Of a stretch of DNA of 64,000 bases, positions 1 to 12,201 are shown in pieces (positions within the stretch are counted from its first letter, which is position 1; every line of letters begins with the position of its first letter). This DNA is from the human T2T-CHM13v2.0 reference genome, Homo sapiens. The DNA lies in the NCBI RefSeq assembly GCF_009914755.1, contig NC_060932.1. One strand, written 5' to 3'. The notes under the pieces were generated by a model, which had not been told where the DNA came from, made no database searches, and was given only the letters and a program-made list of their open reading frames with translations. The position numbers and the translations under genes were made by a program.

Positions 1-139
1 CTTCCAGAGAAGATTGAAAGAGATTGTGTTCCAGAATTTCAGTGTTGGGCTCCCTAAGGGAATACAATGGCCCTCATTACCTTTCCCTAGCAGAGCTGAA
101 GGGGAAGAAAAGCCAATGCAGCAAGAACAAAACGCAAAT

Positions 140-142
<3 letters not shown>

Positions 143-172
<30 letters not shown>
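143..172. repeat. (TC)15 microsatellite
   Basis: Perfect TC dinucleotide run read directly. Confidence 0.95.
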
Positions 173-180
<8 letters not shown>

Positions 181-642
181 TATCCCTCTTTTTTCCTCTC
201 TCTCTCATATACACCCTTCAGTTTTTAAAATATGTTAACATTAGTTTTATTATTCCATTTAACAAATGAAAAAGCTGAGGTTCAAAAATGACAATGGTGT
301 CATGGTGACACCATTCCCCAGTGACAATGGTGTGTGGCAGGTGAAGGAGCCATGGGGCCCAGGTCAGTCTAAATCTAAAGCCCGTGTTTCTAAAACTGCT
401 TGTCTCAGAAGCTAAAAATGGTCATTATTCCAGAGGATGACTCGTAGGAAGGAAATCATTATTTAATAAAGAAGGAATTAGGTGCTTAGCAGGGCAACAT
501 ATTAACAGGCAGATGCTGACAATGGCAGGAAGATAAACTGGCTACAGAGCTGTTGTTCTTTGTCATCCTTCTTTTTCCAAAGTAAGATACAGAGCACTTG
601 AAGCCCAGGGAGAAAGCTAGGGACTAGAATTTCCATTTATTA

Positions 643-1210
643 TGTGTTTGATTAATTATCTATTCCTGGATAATAAATTACTCCAAAACTTAGTGACTTA
701 AAACAACAAATACGATGGTCCCACAGTTTCCGTGGGTCAGGGATCTGAGCATGATTTGGTGAGGTGCCTCTTGCGTCAACATCTCTCATGAAGCTGTGGT
801 CAGACTATCAACTGGGCTGCCGTCATCTCAGGACTCAACTGAGACTGCAGTTTCCTAGTTCACCCCCATGGCGACTGCAGACTCAGCTCTTCATGGATGT
901 TGGACTGAGAGCCTCAGTTGCCTTATAGGTATCTCTATTGCGCAGCTCACAACAAGGTATCTGTTTTTTGTTGTTTTTGTTTTTTCAAGTGAGTAAGAGA
1001 GAGAAGAAGAGAAAGGGAAGGAGAAAACACGATGGAAGTCACAGTCTTCTTATAACTTACTCTTGGAAATATCCCATGATTTTTGCTGTGTGTTATTCCC
1101 TAGAAGAAATTTTCTAGACACAACCCATATGCAAGGGGAGGGGATTACACAAGGGATAGAATACCAGGAGGAAGGAATCACTGGTGACATCTTAGAGGTT
1201 GCCTACTACA
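643..1210 (-). mobile_element. MLT1-family (ERVL-MaLR) solo LTR, MLT1E/F/G-like
   Basis: Left end ttatctatt...aaattactccaaaacttagtgacttaaaacaac and right end catcttagaggttgcctactaca match reverse-complemented MLT1 termini. Confidence 0.75.
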
Positions 1211-1246
1211 TGCATTTATGTTGATGAGATTGATTACTGGGATGAG

Positions 1247-1478
1247 CAGTCAGACTACTTGAGTTCACATCTTAGCTTTATTATTTGCTAGTTATGGGAT
1301 CTCCCGCAAGTTACTGTTCTTTGTTCCTCAGTTCCCTCATCTGTAAAATGAAACTATTAATATTAAATGTATTTGTTCTCAAGGACTTAATGTGGATTAA
1401 ATTACTAATAAATGATTAAAAAACTAGAATAGTGCCAGGCATGTGGTAGGCATTCCATGAATGTTAGCTAGCATTGTA
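1247..1478 (+). mobile_element. MIR SINE
   Basis: MIR core cctcagttccctcatctgtaaaatg plus 3' part agaatagtgccaggcatgtggtagg...atgttagcta. Confidence 0.8.
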
Positions 1479-3309
1479 GTAATAATTCTGTCAGATATGA
1501 AATATCTTGTCTAGCTTATAGTGTACATTCAAAAGAGAAGGCTTTTATACTTAGCTTATGAAAATAATGTGGCATAAATGAAGTGGTCACAAAGGCAGCC
1601 AAAGCTACAACAATTCTTGGAAAAACTAGAAAACTTTTCTTATGTTGGCACTGAGCATTTTTCTGGACATAGTAGATACTATGGTATAAGGAAGTACTTC
1701 ATTACAGTATCACTTTCATATCTATTTCATTTCCCGATTTCATCAATATCCTACTGCCCAAATGAGAATATTTGCTGCCCACTGAGGAATTAATTATGGG
1801 CTTATTTGGCTAATGTTGCTTTGCCAATTGACTCTCTGGTGTCAAGCTTTCCTCAGCCTGCTTTCATTGTAGAACCCACCAGCTGTATACACACAGACCC
1901 ACCCACAGACATACAGAGATAGAGGCTCAAGCTCACACAGAAATAGAGATTCAGACACACTTCCTGGATATAAATCTTAATTATACTTGAAAACTTACGA
2001 ATTTCATAGAAGTGCTTACAAATAAACATGTTGAAATAATGAGATTTTTACCTGAAACTCCTCCTATAGTTCTCAACTTGGTAAATGGCATTTATCATTT
2101 CCATCTGCCCAGACACTCAAACCAAAACTGGGAAGCCACCTGGTCTTCCCTCCTCCTCTCTTTTCCTGTCTGGTTCCTCTCTTTTTTCTATGCAGTCCCT
2201 TGGGTACTTCATTTGACCCCCAAGTGTAGCTGCCTTAAGCTCCCATCAACGTTCATCATTAGAGTGAGGCATTGAAACTAACTTTGGCCTTTAGGAATGA
2301 GCCTAGGTTTGAAATTAGGCTGAACAAACGAACTGGGGCAATGTTTCCGTCAGGAAGGAGACTGCACACAGTGATTCCCCACAGCAAGAGGAGTGCAAAA
2401 GCACACCTTGTCCCTTTACTCTCTCAACTCTCAATTGCTTATCAGAAACAAACATAAATAGCAAATCAACTCATGTGTACCATTGCTCTGAAACTGAATC
2501 TTTCATAAAAGCTGAAACAAGGCCCTTGCATGCTAGCAGTAAAAGAAAACACATCACAATTCTTACAATGCCCCAAGGCCAAAGTGAATCCCTCTTGGAA
2601 CAGAGGAATGCTTCTCACTTCACTCCAGCGATTCAGCTGGAACATCTTCTGGCAAAGAGATATCTTGAAATATAAAGGTATTAACCTGAGAAGGGTAGTA
2701 TATCAAAATGCTGTTATCCATTTAACACTGAGACTATCTGGAAAACAGCAAGGTCCTCACAAGCTGGGACTTGGATACATTTTACAGAAGTTTATAGAAG
2801 TAAACTCCTAATCAGGTAGCAGTGTTCAAAGAAATTATTGACAGATTTAGCTTCAGAGTAAGAAATTCTAAGTTGCCAAGGAGTAACATGAGGACTTTGG
2901 CTGTTTGATTCCAACTATTTCTGGATGAAGAGGACAGTGTTTTCTCATTGGTTCACAAAGGGGAACCTCCAGATCAGTCTCTGCAGCTGGGCCAAGTTCC
3001 ACAACTCATACCCATTCTGGTCTCAGTCAGGTTCTAGTGACCTCTCCCCTTCCCTAATTCCTGTTCTGCATTTGCCATGAGCAGACGATTTTGACTTTAT
3101 CTCAAGCCATCAGATAGGACAGGATCTTTCTAAGACATTGACCACAGCAGATAAAGACAAAAAAAATAAATAAAACCACAACTCTCTATCATAGAACACT
3201 GAGAATCAAACATATTGTTAGAAGTCAGATAATCCAACCTTTTTGCAGTTATATAAATTTTGAACATCCTTAATTAAAACATCATTTTTAACAGAGATCT
3301 TATGTTCTT

Positions 3310-3860
3310 GTCTTTCCAGCATCCTTTTCTTTGGTATTTTGTTAGCTACTCCCTTATTTTATTTTGAAGAACTATCCCTCCCACAATTTTATTTCATGTC
3401 GTTCTGGTGAAGCTGATTCTACTTCTGGCTTTTGTGAGAGGTGTGTTTTTTCACCAGTCTCAAAAGTGGCGGTTGAAATTATCTCATCTCCAGGCTGCAG
3501 TGATTGGCTCAGGGTGGACATGTGGCCCAAGCCAAACCAAATATAGCTAATCCTGGGACTATTGCTGGAATTTTTTAAGAAACAGCAACTCTCTTTTTTT
3601 AAGGGATTGCTAATCAGGCAGGATATAGTCCTGAAACTTCTGGAGGCCACAGTGCTTCCTCTTGGAGACAGCCTGCCTGAGAATGAGGCCAACAGAGAGA
3701 AGCAGAGGTTGTGGTTGGAACAAATAATGTTCCCGGAGACATTATTTGATTACCTGGATTTAGCCATGCTGGGACATTTTAGTTAAATAAACCAGGATAT
3801 TCCTTTTTGGGCCAAAGGCAACTTATGATGAGTTTCTGTCCAATAAAGCGCAAAGCAACC
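3310..3860 (+). mobile_element. Old MLT1 (J/K-like) LTR remnant
   Basis: Motifs cagtgattggctcagggtggacatgtggcccaa and cctggatttagccatgct...gagtttctgtc are typical of old MLT1 LTRs; boundaries approximate. Confidence 0.5.
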
Positions 3861-4379
3861 AATTCACCTTCTACAACTTCCATGGCAGGAAGTGATTAGC
3901 CTTCTCTTTAATCATTCCAGATGGACAGATCTTCATTTTCTACCAGGACTCTGGGTATTGGGTTCTGAGGCTCAGTTCTTCCTTGTATTGAGCAAAATCT
4001 GCTGTCTTTAATCTGTACCCACTACTAATGCTTTATTTGTTCATGCAGTTCCTTGTTTAGTTAGGGAACGGCAAGTATAAGAGATTTGAGGTGGATTCGA
4101 ATTTTTGTATGTTGAAGGAACACAAAGCAAAAAACCAAAAACTAATAGGTCTTGACCCTAGTGAGTGAGGGGCATGGAGACATAAGTGGGTGAAGGTCTG
4201 TCATAGGAAGATTGGAGTTCATTGCAAGAATAATGAAAAGTCACGGGAGTGTTAACACACAGGAATAGTGTGGTTTGAGCTACAATGTTTCAAAGATCCC
4301 ATATTATATCCATTGAAGCACTAGAGGAAGCCAAATCTCTGTGCTACTGACAGTCCCTCAGAAAGTTGAGATCTCTGGT

Positions 4380-4620
4380 ATCCTCCATAATTTTCTTCTT
4401 TTCTAGCTTAAATATCTTTGGCTTCTTCAACCATGTTTCATATAGGGTTTGTAGATTCTACAACAACACAGTATCCTCCTCCAAACTCATTGTAGTTTGT
4501 CAATGTGCCCTCTAAAATACAGTACTCAGATTGAACACAGTAACTCCAGATATTGCCCAACCAATGAATAATATGAAATCATTATTTTCTTTATTCTATC
4601 CCTCGAGCCCTATTGGTGCA
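4380..4620 (-). mobile_element. L3/CR1 LINE fragment
   Basis: ttcttcaaccatgtttcatatagg and cagattgaacacagtaactccagat resemble the antisense CR1/L3 3' ORF2 region; highly diverged. Confidence 0.45.
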
Positions 4621-4867
4621 GTCACATTTAAGGCAACCATGTCATCCTGTTAACTCTTAATTAAATCAATAATGCTAGCTGAGGGCATATTACTTTCAAT
4701 TAAGTCAAGTTCTAATTAATTGTTATTTTGTGAGAGAAATATACAGAAACTTATTTTCTGAGTGGATTAAAGACTCCTTGAAGGTCTTTATATTACAAGA
4801 AAACAGGGACAAAAGTTGATCTCATTCAACTTTTGTACCTACAAATTGAGATAAGAAAAAGTGAAGT

Positions 4868-4941
4868 TTAATTTGAACAAATGACCCGATTGTATCTGGA
4901 ATTATTAATTTGAACAAATGACCAGATTGTATCTGGAATTA
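4868..4941. repeat. 37-bp tandem duplication (2 copies, 1 mismatch)
   Basis: ttaatttgaacaaatgacc(c/a)gattgtatctggaatta at 4868-4904 and 4905-4941. Confidence 0.95.
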
Positions 4942-5951
4942 TAATCCCATTAGGGGATTAGCCCGTTTGTAGCCACCATGGAGAGAAGCCTTTAAGGAAT
5001 ACATATTTAAAGCCATTTGCAACCAGCTCTATTATTAAAATCAATTTTAAAGCATCATAAAAGTCTTTTGCTCCAGAATTAGAAACAGTTTTAACAAAAG
5101 CATTGAATTTTTATGTTTGAAGAATCTTTGGAAATCATCTGATCCAAAGTTTTTATTTTATAGATAAGCCAATAGCCATAGAGGCAGAGAAATGTCCAAA
5201 TTGACTTATCCAGGCAATAATAGAACCAGAACCAGAACTTAGATCTCTTCTCTTCCATTCCAGCACTCTGCCTGCCATAACACATGCCTCCTTTCTTCAG
5301 CTTTGACTGTACACTTGAATGTTTTCATTTCAGGGGTCTGTCATTCATGAATGAATTGGGGGAGAACAAGAGTGAATGTGGGGAAAGCCATCTTAAAGAT
5401 TGTTGCAGTGATTCAGGGAAGTCCAGAGTTCTGAAACAGGGGAAGGGTAGAGGAGGTATGTAAAGCTGCACATATTCCAGATATGGCTAGGAGTTTGAGA
5501 AAAAGAGAAAAAAACGAGGATGAACATTGAGTTTCTGACATGAACAACAAGATGGTTAGCAACGCCATTCACAGAAAAACTAGGTTATAGCGGTGAAAAG
5601 CAAGAGATTAGTTTGGCCCACTGATTTTGTGCAACATTCTACACACTCAGTTGGAAATGTCCTTTAGGCAGTTGTAGATACATGTCTGGGGTTCAGGAAG
5701 AGAAAGTGCAATAAGTACCTTTGGCTCACTCTTTCTTTGAACAAATAATATGGGAACATTGATTTACAGAGGGCTGTGCTATGCTCACAGAGACCACAGT
5801 GATAGGCAGGACAGGTTGGTACTGCTGTCATGAGGTTTTCACATTCACAGGACAGTGCAACCCAATGAGCATTTCTGGTTGCATTATTCCTTACAAATGT
5901 CAAATATATAGACTCCACACTAAGTTGTGATGTGCCCCAAAGTCCACGTTA

Positions 5952-6311
<360 letters not shown>

Positions 6312-6884
6312 GAAACAGATTCCACAGTGCTCAGTGACTTGCCACAAATTAAGTTAGCTGGGAAATGGTGGAACAAAAGTTCTAATCTGCCTTTCAGTTG
6401 CTCATTTAGTTTCAAACTCTCATCTCCTGCCCCTGCCCTGCTCCCATCTCCTGCAAAGTCTGTAATGGAGCTTCTTTATTGTTGTAAACCAGGTGGCTCT
6501 TTTTCCCATTTGAGTCCTTGATCCAAATCAAAGGACTGGTACTGAGAACACATTTTGAGGATTTAAACATAGATTTCCTCCCTCCCTCATACACTGTGCT
6601 GCCATGGGCAATTCCCATTGGCACAGCCAGGACCTACAGTGTTGGAATAAACAGGGGGCATGACTGTGGACTCTAGTCTTTCTTGAAACTTTTTCCTCTC
6701 TTGTTTAGAATGAAATGTCTTTGACCATCAAACGCTAATCACTCTTCAGGCTACAGTGCTTATTGTAGAGGCTTCCCAAGGAGAATCTCATAGATACATG
6801 ATAGTAAGCCAAGAATTTACATTACAAAAGGTTGTTTAGGCAGGATTAGAAATTAATGGCAAAACATAGGCAAAACTATCATCA

Positions 6885-7275
<391 letters not shown>

Positions 7276-8090
7276 CTAAATCCTGTGCATTCACCATTTT
7301 CTCCAAAGGTAGTCTGGAAGTAGACTGTGTTCTTCTCAGATTATCGCTTAAACCGTTCAACACAAGGGCTTCCCCCTCATTTGTTTGACCATCAGCATAT
7401 ACTGACTGCTAAGTGTGAATTGTCATTCACTTGTTCCTGGCAGTACAAATGTTGCACTAAGCAGTCCTAAAGAGACTTGATGCTGAGTAGAACAAAGAAT
7501 AAAAGTTTCCTGAATATTTTGTTTAAATTGTAAGCTAACTCAATAATGACCAGACGTGTCTCACATGAGGCAACAGGAAGTTGAACCATAGATTGTTTTT
7601 AATGATGCAAAAATGTCAAGTAATATCTCCTTCACTGAGGAATACAAAGGAAGAAAGAAAAGCTAGATAAATTATAGGGAAAATGATCTACACCATTTGA
7701 CATAATTAAATAAGAGTTAGGTTGGTTTTAGCACATAATAATAAAATAAACCTACCGGAATGACTAGATTGGAAAAACCTATTGGATTTCAGTTTATATA
7801 AACTCTATATGGAAGAGAAATACCAAGGAAAGTGATGTTTAAATGTTAAGAAAAATAATGAGTGAAAATTTATAATTCTTTTTATTTTACTCTCTTAAAC
7901 TTGCCTAGCTCTGTCATAATCTGAAATTTCAACCCCAAAGCTAAGCCACCATGTATTCTCTTTGGAGTAAGACAGCATATAAAGAAAACAAACAGAATCT
8001 CTTACATTTTACAAAGTTGAATGTCTCAGGTTTTCAACAAAGTATATAGAAATCTATGTTTGGGTTTAAGTTTTTGCCTTATACTATGAC

Positions 8091-8109
8091 CAGCCACTAG
8101 ATGGCAAAG
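8091..8109 (+). promoter_or_regulatory. Candidate CTCF binding site
   Basis: cagCCACTAGATGGCAaag matches the CTCF core CCACYAGRKGGCR in apparently non-repeat DNA; motif evidence only. Confidence 0.6.
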
Positions 8110-8604
8110 TATGACATGAAATGTAGGCTGCAGACCAAGTTAAGAGTCTGACTTGGAATGGAAGCAGAGGAAGCTTGAGTTAGTGAAAACCTTTAGTTGT
8201 ACTACATGAATAAAGGGATGTAGTGTAGTGTAGTCGTTCTTAAGTTGCATGCGTTACTTTTAAAAAACATTTACTGATTCACTCAAATTCACGTCTAGAA
8301 GTCCTAAGACTAAGACTCAGTTGACTACAAGGCTTTGTTCCCTAGCCCACTTCTTATTGCCTGTCACTTCCTGTCCCTGCCTGTCTTCCTTCCAAGAACC
8401 CAGTTCTAGCCACTGCTTCACAATATCTCTCAATGTCAACCACCAGTGTTCTAATTATTATTATCTCTTGCCACTTTCTCCATCATTCTTCACTTCCTTT
8501 CAGGATCCTTCATTACTACATCCTTGTGTAGCCACTGATGCATATTTGCCTGAACTGAGCCTTGTTGTGGTTGTTGCTGTTTGGAAGCAGAGCAATTTGC
8601 TGGC

Positions 8605-8984
8605 TGATATGATAAGGCCTTGTGTCCCCACCCAAATCTCATCTTGAATTTTAATCTCCACATGTAAGGGAGGGACCTGTAATCCCTACGTGTAAGGGAG
8701 GGAGGTGATTGGACCATGGGGGTGGTTTCCTCCATGCTGTTCTCATGATAGTGAGTGAGTTCTCACAAGATCTGATGGTTTTGTAAGTGTTTGGAATTTC
8801 CTCCTTTGCTCTTCTTTTTCCTGCCGCCTTGTGAAGAAGGTGCCTGCTTCCCTTCTGCCATGACTGTGAGTTTCCTGAGGCCTCCCAAGCCATGCAGAAT
8901 TGTGTGTCGATTAAAACTCTTTTCTTTATAAATTACCCAGTCTCAGGCAGTTCTTTATAGCAGTGTGAAAATGAACTAAATACA
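8605..8984 (+). mobile_element. THE1D/MSTA-type MaLR solo LTR
   Basis: tgatatg...tgtgtccccacccaaatctcatcttgaatt through aactaaataca; 5-bp TSD ctggc on both sides. Confidence 0.93.
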
Positions 8985-9098
8985 CTGGCCTAATGAACTC
9001 ATTTCTCAGCAGAACACCTAGTAGGATGCTCTATCTAAGCTCTAGCTTGAGCCAAAATGAGCCCCAAGATATGAGAGGAATGTTTCTTTAAAAATGGG

Positions 9099-9644
9099 TG
9101 TGATGGTTAATTTTATGTGTCAGCTTGACTGGGTGAAGTGATACCCAGAAAGCTGGTATGCATTATTTCTGAGCGTATCTATGAGGGTATTTCCAGAAGA
9201 GATCAGCATTTGAATTGGTAAACCAAGCGAAGAAGATCCACCCTCACCAATGTGGACAGACACCATCCAATCCATTGAGGGCCCAAACAGAACAAAAAGG
9301 CAGAGGAGGTGCGAATTTTCTCCCTCTTCTTGAACTTGGGCAGTCATTTTCTTCTGCCCTCATATATCAGACCTCCTGGTTCTTGGGCCTTCAGACTGCA
9401 GGACTTATGGCAGCAGCCCCTGGTTCTCGGGTCTTCAGCTGTGAACTGAAACCATGGGTTCCTTTGGTTCTCCAGCCTTTGAATGTGTTACACCACCAGC
9501 CTTTGCAGTTCTTCAGCTTACAGACAGCATATAATAGAATTTCTTGGCCTCCACAATCCTGTGAGCCAATTTCCATAATGTCTCTTCTTATATATCTGTA
9601 TATATCCTATTGTTCTATTTCTCTGGAGAACCCTGACTAATACA
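9099..9644 (+). mobile_element. MLT2 (ERVL) solo LTR
   Basis: Starts tgtgatggttaattttatgtgtcagcttgactggg and ends ctctggagaaccctgactaataca. Confidence 0.92.
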
Positions 9645-10779
9645 GCAGGCCACATATATGTTAGAAGAAGGCCAATGAAGGAGAAGAAAGAGAAGTAACT
9701 CAGACTAATTTCTCATCAATAACTGCTAAAAGTAGAACCAGACACTCCTAACACCTGATTTGGCACTCTACTTAGTCAATAATATCTTTCCTTGATCATT
9801 AAATGAAAGAACAGAGTAGCATTTTACAGAGAAAACCCTGCCAAATGGACTTCATAATCTTTCCCAAGTGCTATCAGTGAAACCAGTAACAGAAAAAAAA
9901 ATCTGCTAGCCTCTCCACTGTTCTGGAATTGAAAATTTCTATAACATTTTACACTCTGAAATTGAATTATGTTACTGGAATCTCTTGTTAGAGATTAGCA
10001 AAATGAAGATTAGACTGAAATTTCCCGAAGTAAGTGGTCTTTGTGAGACACCACCCTACAATGTATGCCATGAGTCCCTTTATATGCAGATTCTTATAAA
10101 ATGTTGAAATAGCCAAGCAATATTCTCCATGAACTCTTCCCTAACCAAGTATATTTAACTTAAACCAACCGCATTTCCTTTGTGCCTGACACATAATAGA
10201 AGCTCAATAGTTATGTAAAGGAGGAAGAAAGAAAGGAGGGAAGAAAGAAAAAGAAGGAGAGAAATGAGAGAGGGAGTCTCTATTAAGAAGACAAAAATAA
10301 GAAGACTTTTTACAAGATAAAAAGTCTCTTATAAAATCACCAAGAAGCATACATACTTTTTCCAGTTAAGATGAAGAATTGTCAGCTTTCTTCTCAGCAT
10401 AACCTGCTTTAGTCTTATTGTAAAAAATTTTATTAAAATATTCCCTAACAATCCCTTCTCTAGACTAAACAATTCCAGTTCCTAGGACTTTCCTGCAGAA
10501 CTTTCAAAATTATTTTTCATTCTTATACCAATTTTGATTTCTTTTTTAAAACTTAAAATTATTTGAGATTATATTCCATTGTTTTTCATGATCCTTTTCA
10601 ATGTTATTTTTTTAATGAGGAGAGATTTATACAGTTAAAAGAAAACCAAATGATTTCTTTTCATTTTTAAAGGAGGAAGCATATTTTTGAAGTCCATGGA
10701 AAAGTAGTATGTTTAAGGATAGAATACCTAAACAACTATTCTTCTACATACAAATCAACTTTTACCAGAGATTTGCTTT

Positions 10780-11163
10780 CTTATTTTTTTATTTTTTAAA
10801 TTTATTTATATATATATATTTTTTTTTATTATACTTTAAGTTCTAGGGTACATGTGCACAACATGCAGGTTTGTTACATATGTATACATGGGCCATGTTG
10901 GTGTGCTGCACCCATTAACTCATCATTTACATTAGGTATATCTCCTAATGCTATCCCTCCCCCCTCCCCTACCCCACAACAGGCCCCGGTGTGTGATGTT
11001 CTCCTTCCTGTGTCCAAGTGTTCTCATTGTTCAATTCCCACCTATGAGTGAGAACATGCAGTGTTTGGTTTTTTTGTCCTTGTGATAGTTTGCTGAGAAT
11101 GATGGTTTCCAGCTTCATCCATGTCCCTACAAAGGACATGAACTCACCATTTTTTATGGCTGC
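10780..11163 (-). mobile_element. 5'-truncated L1PA 3' end (young-to-mid primate type)
   Basis: T/AT-rich tail followed by ttatactttaagttctagggtacatgtgcacaac; TSD approximately atttgcttt on both sides. Confidence 0.95.
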
Positions 11164-11798
11164 ATTTGCTTTTTTAAAAAGATTAACAGGTGCATCCAAA
11201 CTTTTCTGCTTGCTGACACACACATACATACACACACATTTCCAATGGTATGACAAAATAGTCATAGTATATTAATACCTAATAAAATAACCTTTAAAAT
11301 ATTTTACCCTGAATTAACAAAATATGTTTTAAAATCTGTTATAGTATATACAATCTCAGAAGAAAACCTGTTGGCAAATATTGTTTGGAGAAGACAGGTA
11401 AACTTTCCAGGCTAAGCATTTTCCTATTTCTACATTTAGCAGTACTTCTCAAAAGTGCTGATTCCTGGAATAGAATATCTGTGGGTGAGGTCCAGAAAAC
11501 TGGCAGAGTCCCCAAATAATTCTTATGAATATTTCACTTTCAAGGGATACTCATATCAAACTTTAGCCTTTTAACTTGGTGGAGCAGTCCTTTTTTTCCC
11601 CTTAGTAAGTCCATAACTTTTTTTTGAGTTAGTATTTAAACAGTGATAGTAAAAATGTGAGATGTACATTTCCTATCCAAATATCAAACATCCTGGATTT
11701 GTGTAGCAACCTGATTATTGTGGAGAAATTGTGTTGCTAGGAATCTATAAGGTGCTTTGATTTTCCAGCGACTGTTTTTGGATGTTGATTTAAGATAA

Positions 11799-12201
11799 TG
11801 TCTTAGTCTGTTTTGTGCTGCTATAACAGAATTCCTGGGACTGGATAATTTATAATGAACAGAATTTATTGGCTCACAGCTCTGGAGGCTGGGAAGTCCA
11901 ACATCAAGGTACTGGCATCTGAAGAGGGTCTTCTTGCTTTGTTATCTTATGGCAGAAAGTTAGAAGTGGAGAGAGAGAAAAAGAGAGGCAGAGGAAAAGG
12001 TAAAGAGAGAGGGAGACAGAGAGAGGAAGGGAAAGCAAGAGGGGGCCAGGCTCAGGCTTTTATAATGTCACCAATCCCACCCATGAGGGTGGAGCCCTCA
12101 TGATCTAATCACTTCCTAAAGGTCCAACTTCCTAATACAGTTACAATGGCAACTAAACTTCAATACGAGTTTGGGAGGGGACAAATATTAAAATCATAGC
12201 A
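11799..12201 (-). mobile_element. MSTB-like MaLR solo LTR
   Basis: tgtcttagtctgttttgtgctgctataacag ... ggaggggacaaatattaaaatcatagca; degenerate TSD gataa/ggtaa. Confidence 0.88.

Noticed and set aside
4868-4941. 37-bp repeats as a CRISPR-like array
   Set aside because: Only two adjacent copies with no spacer, in eukaryotic DNA.
8650-8705. Short internal duplication in the THE1/MST LTR
   Set aside because: I recall this taatcc..tgtaagggaggga duplication in other copies of the family, so it is probably inherited rather than locus-specific.
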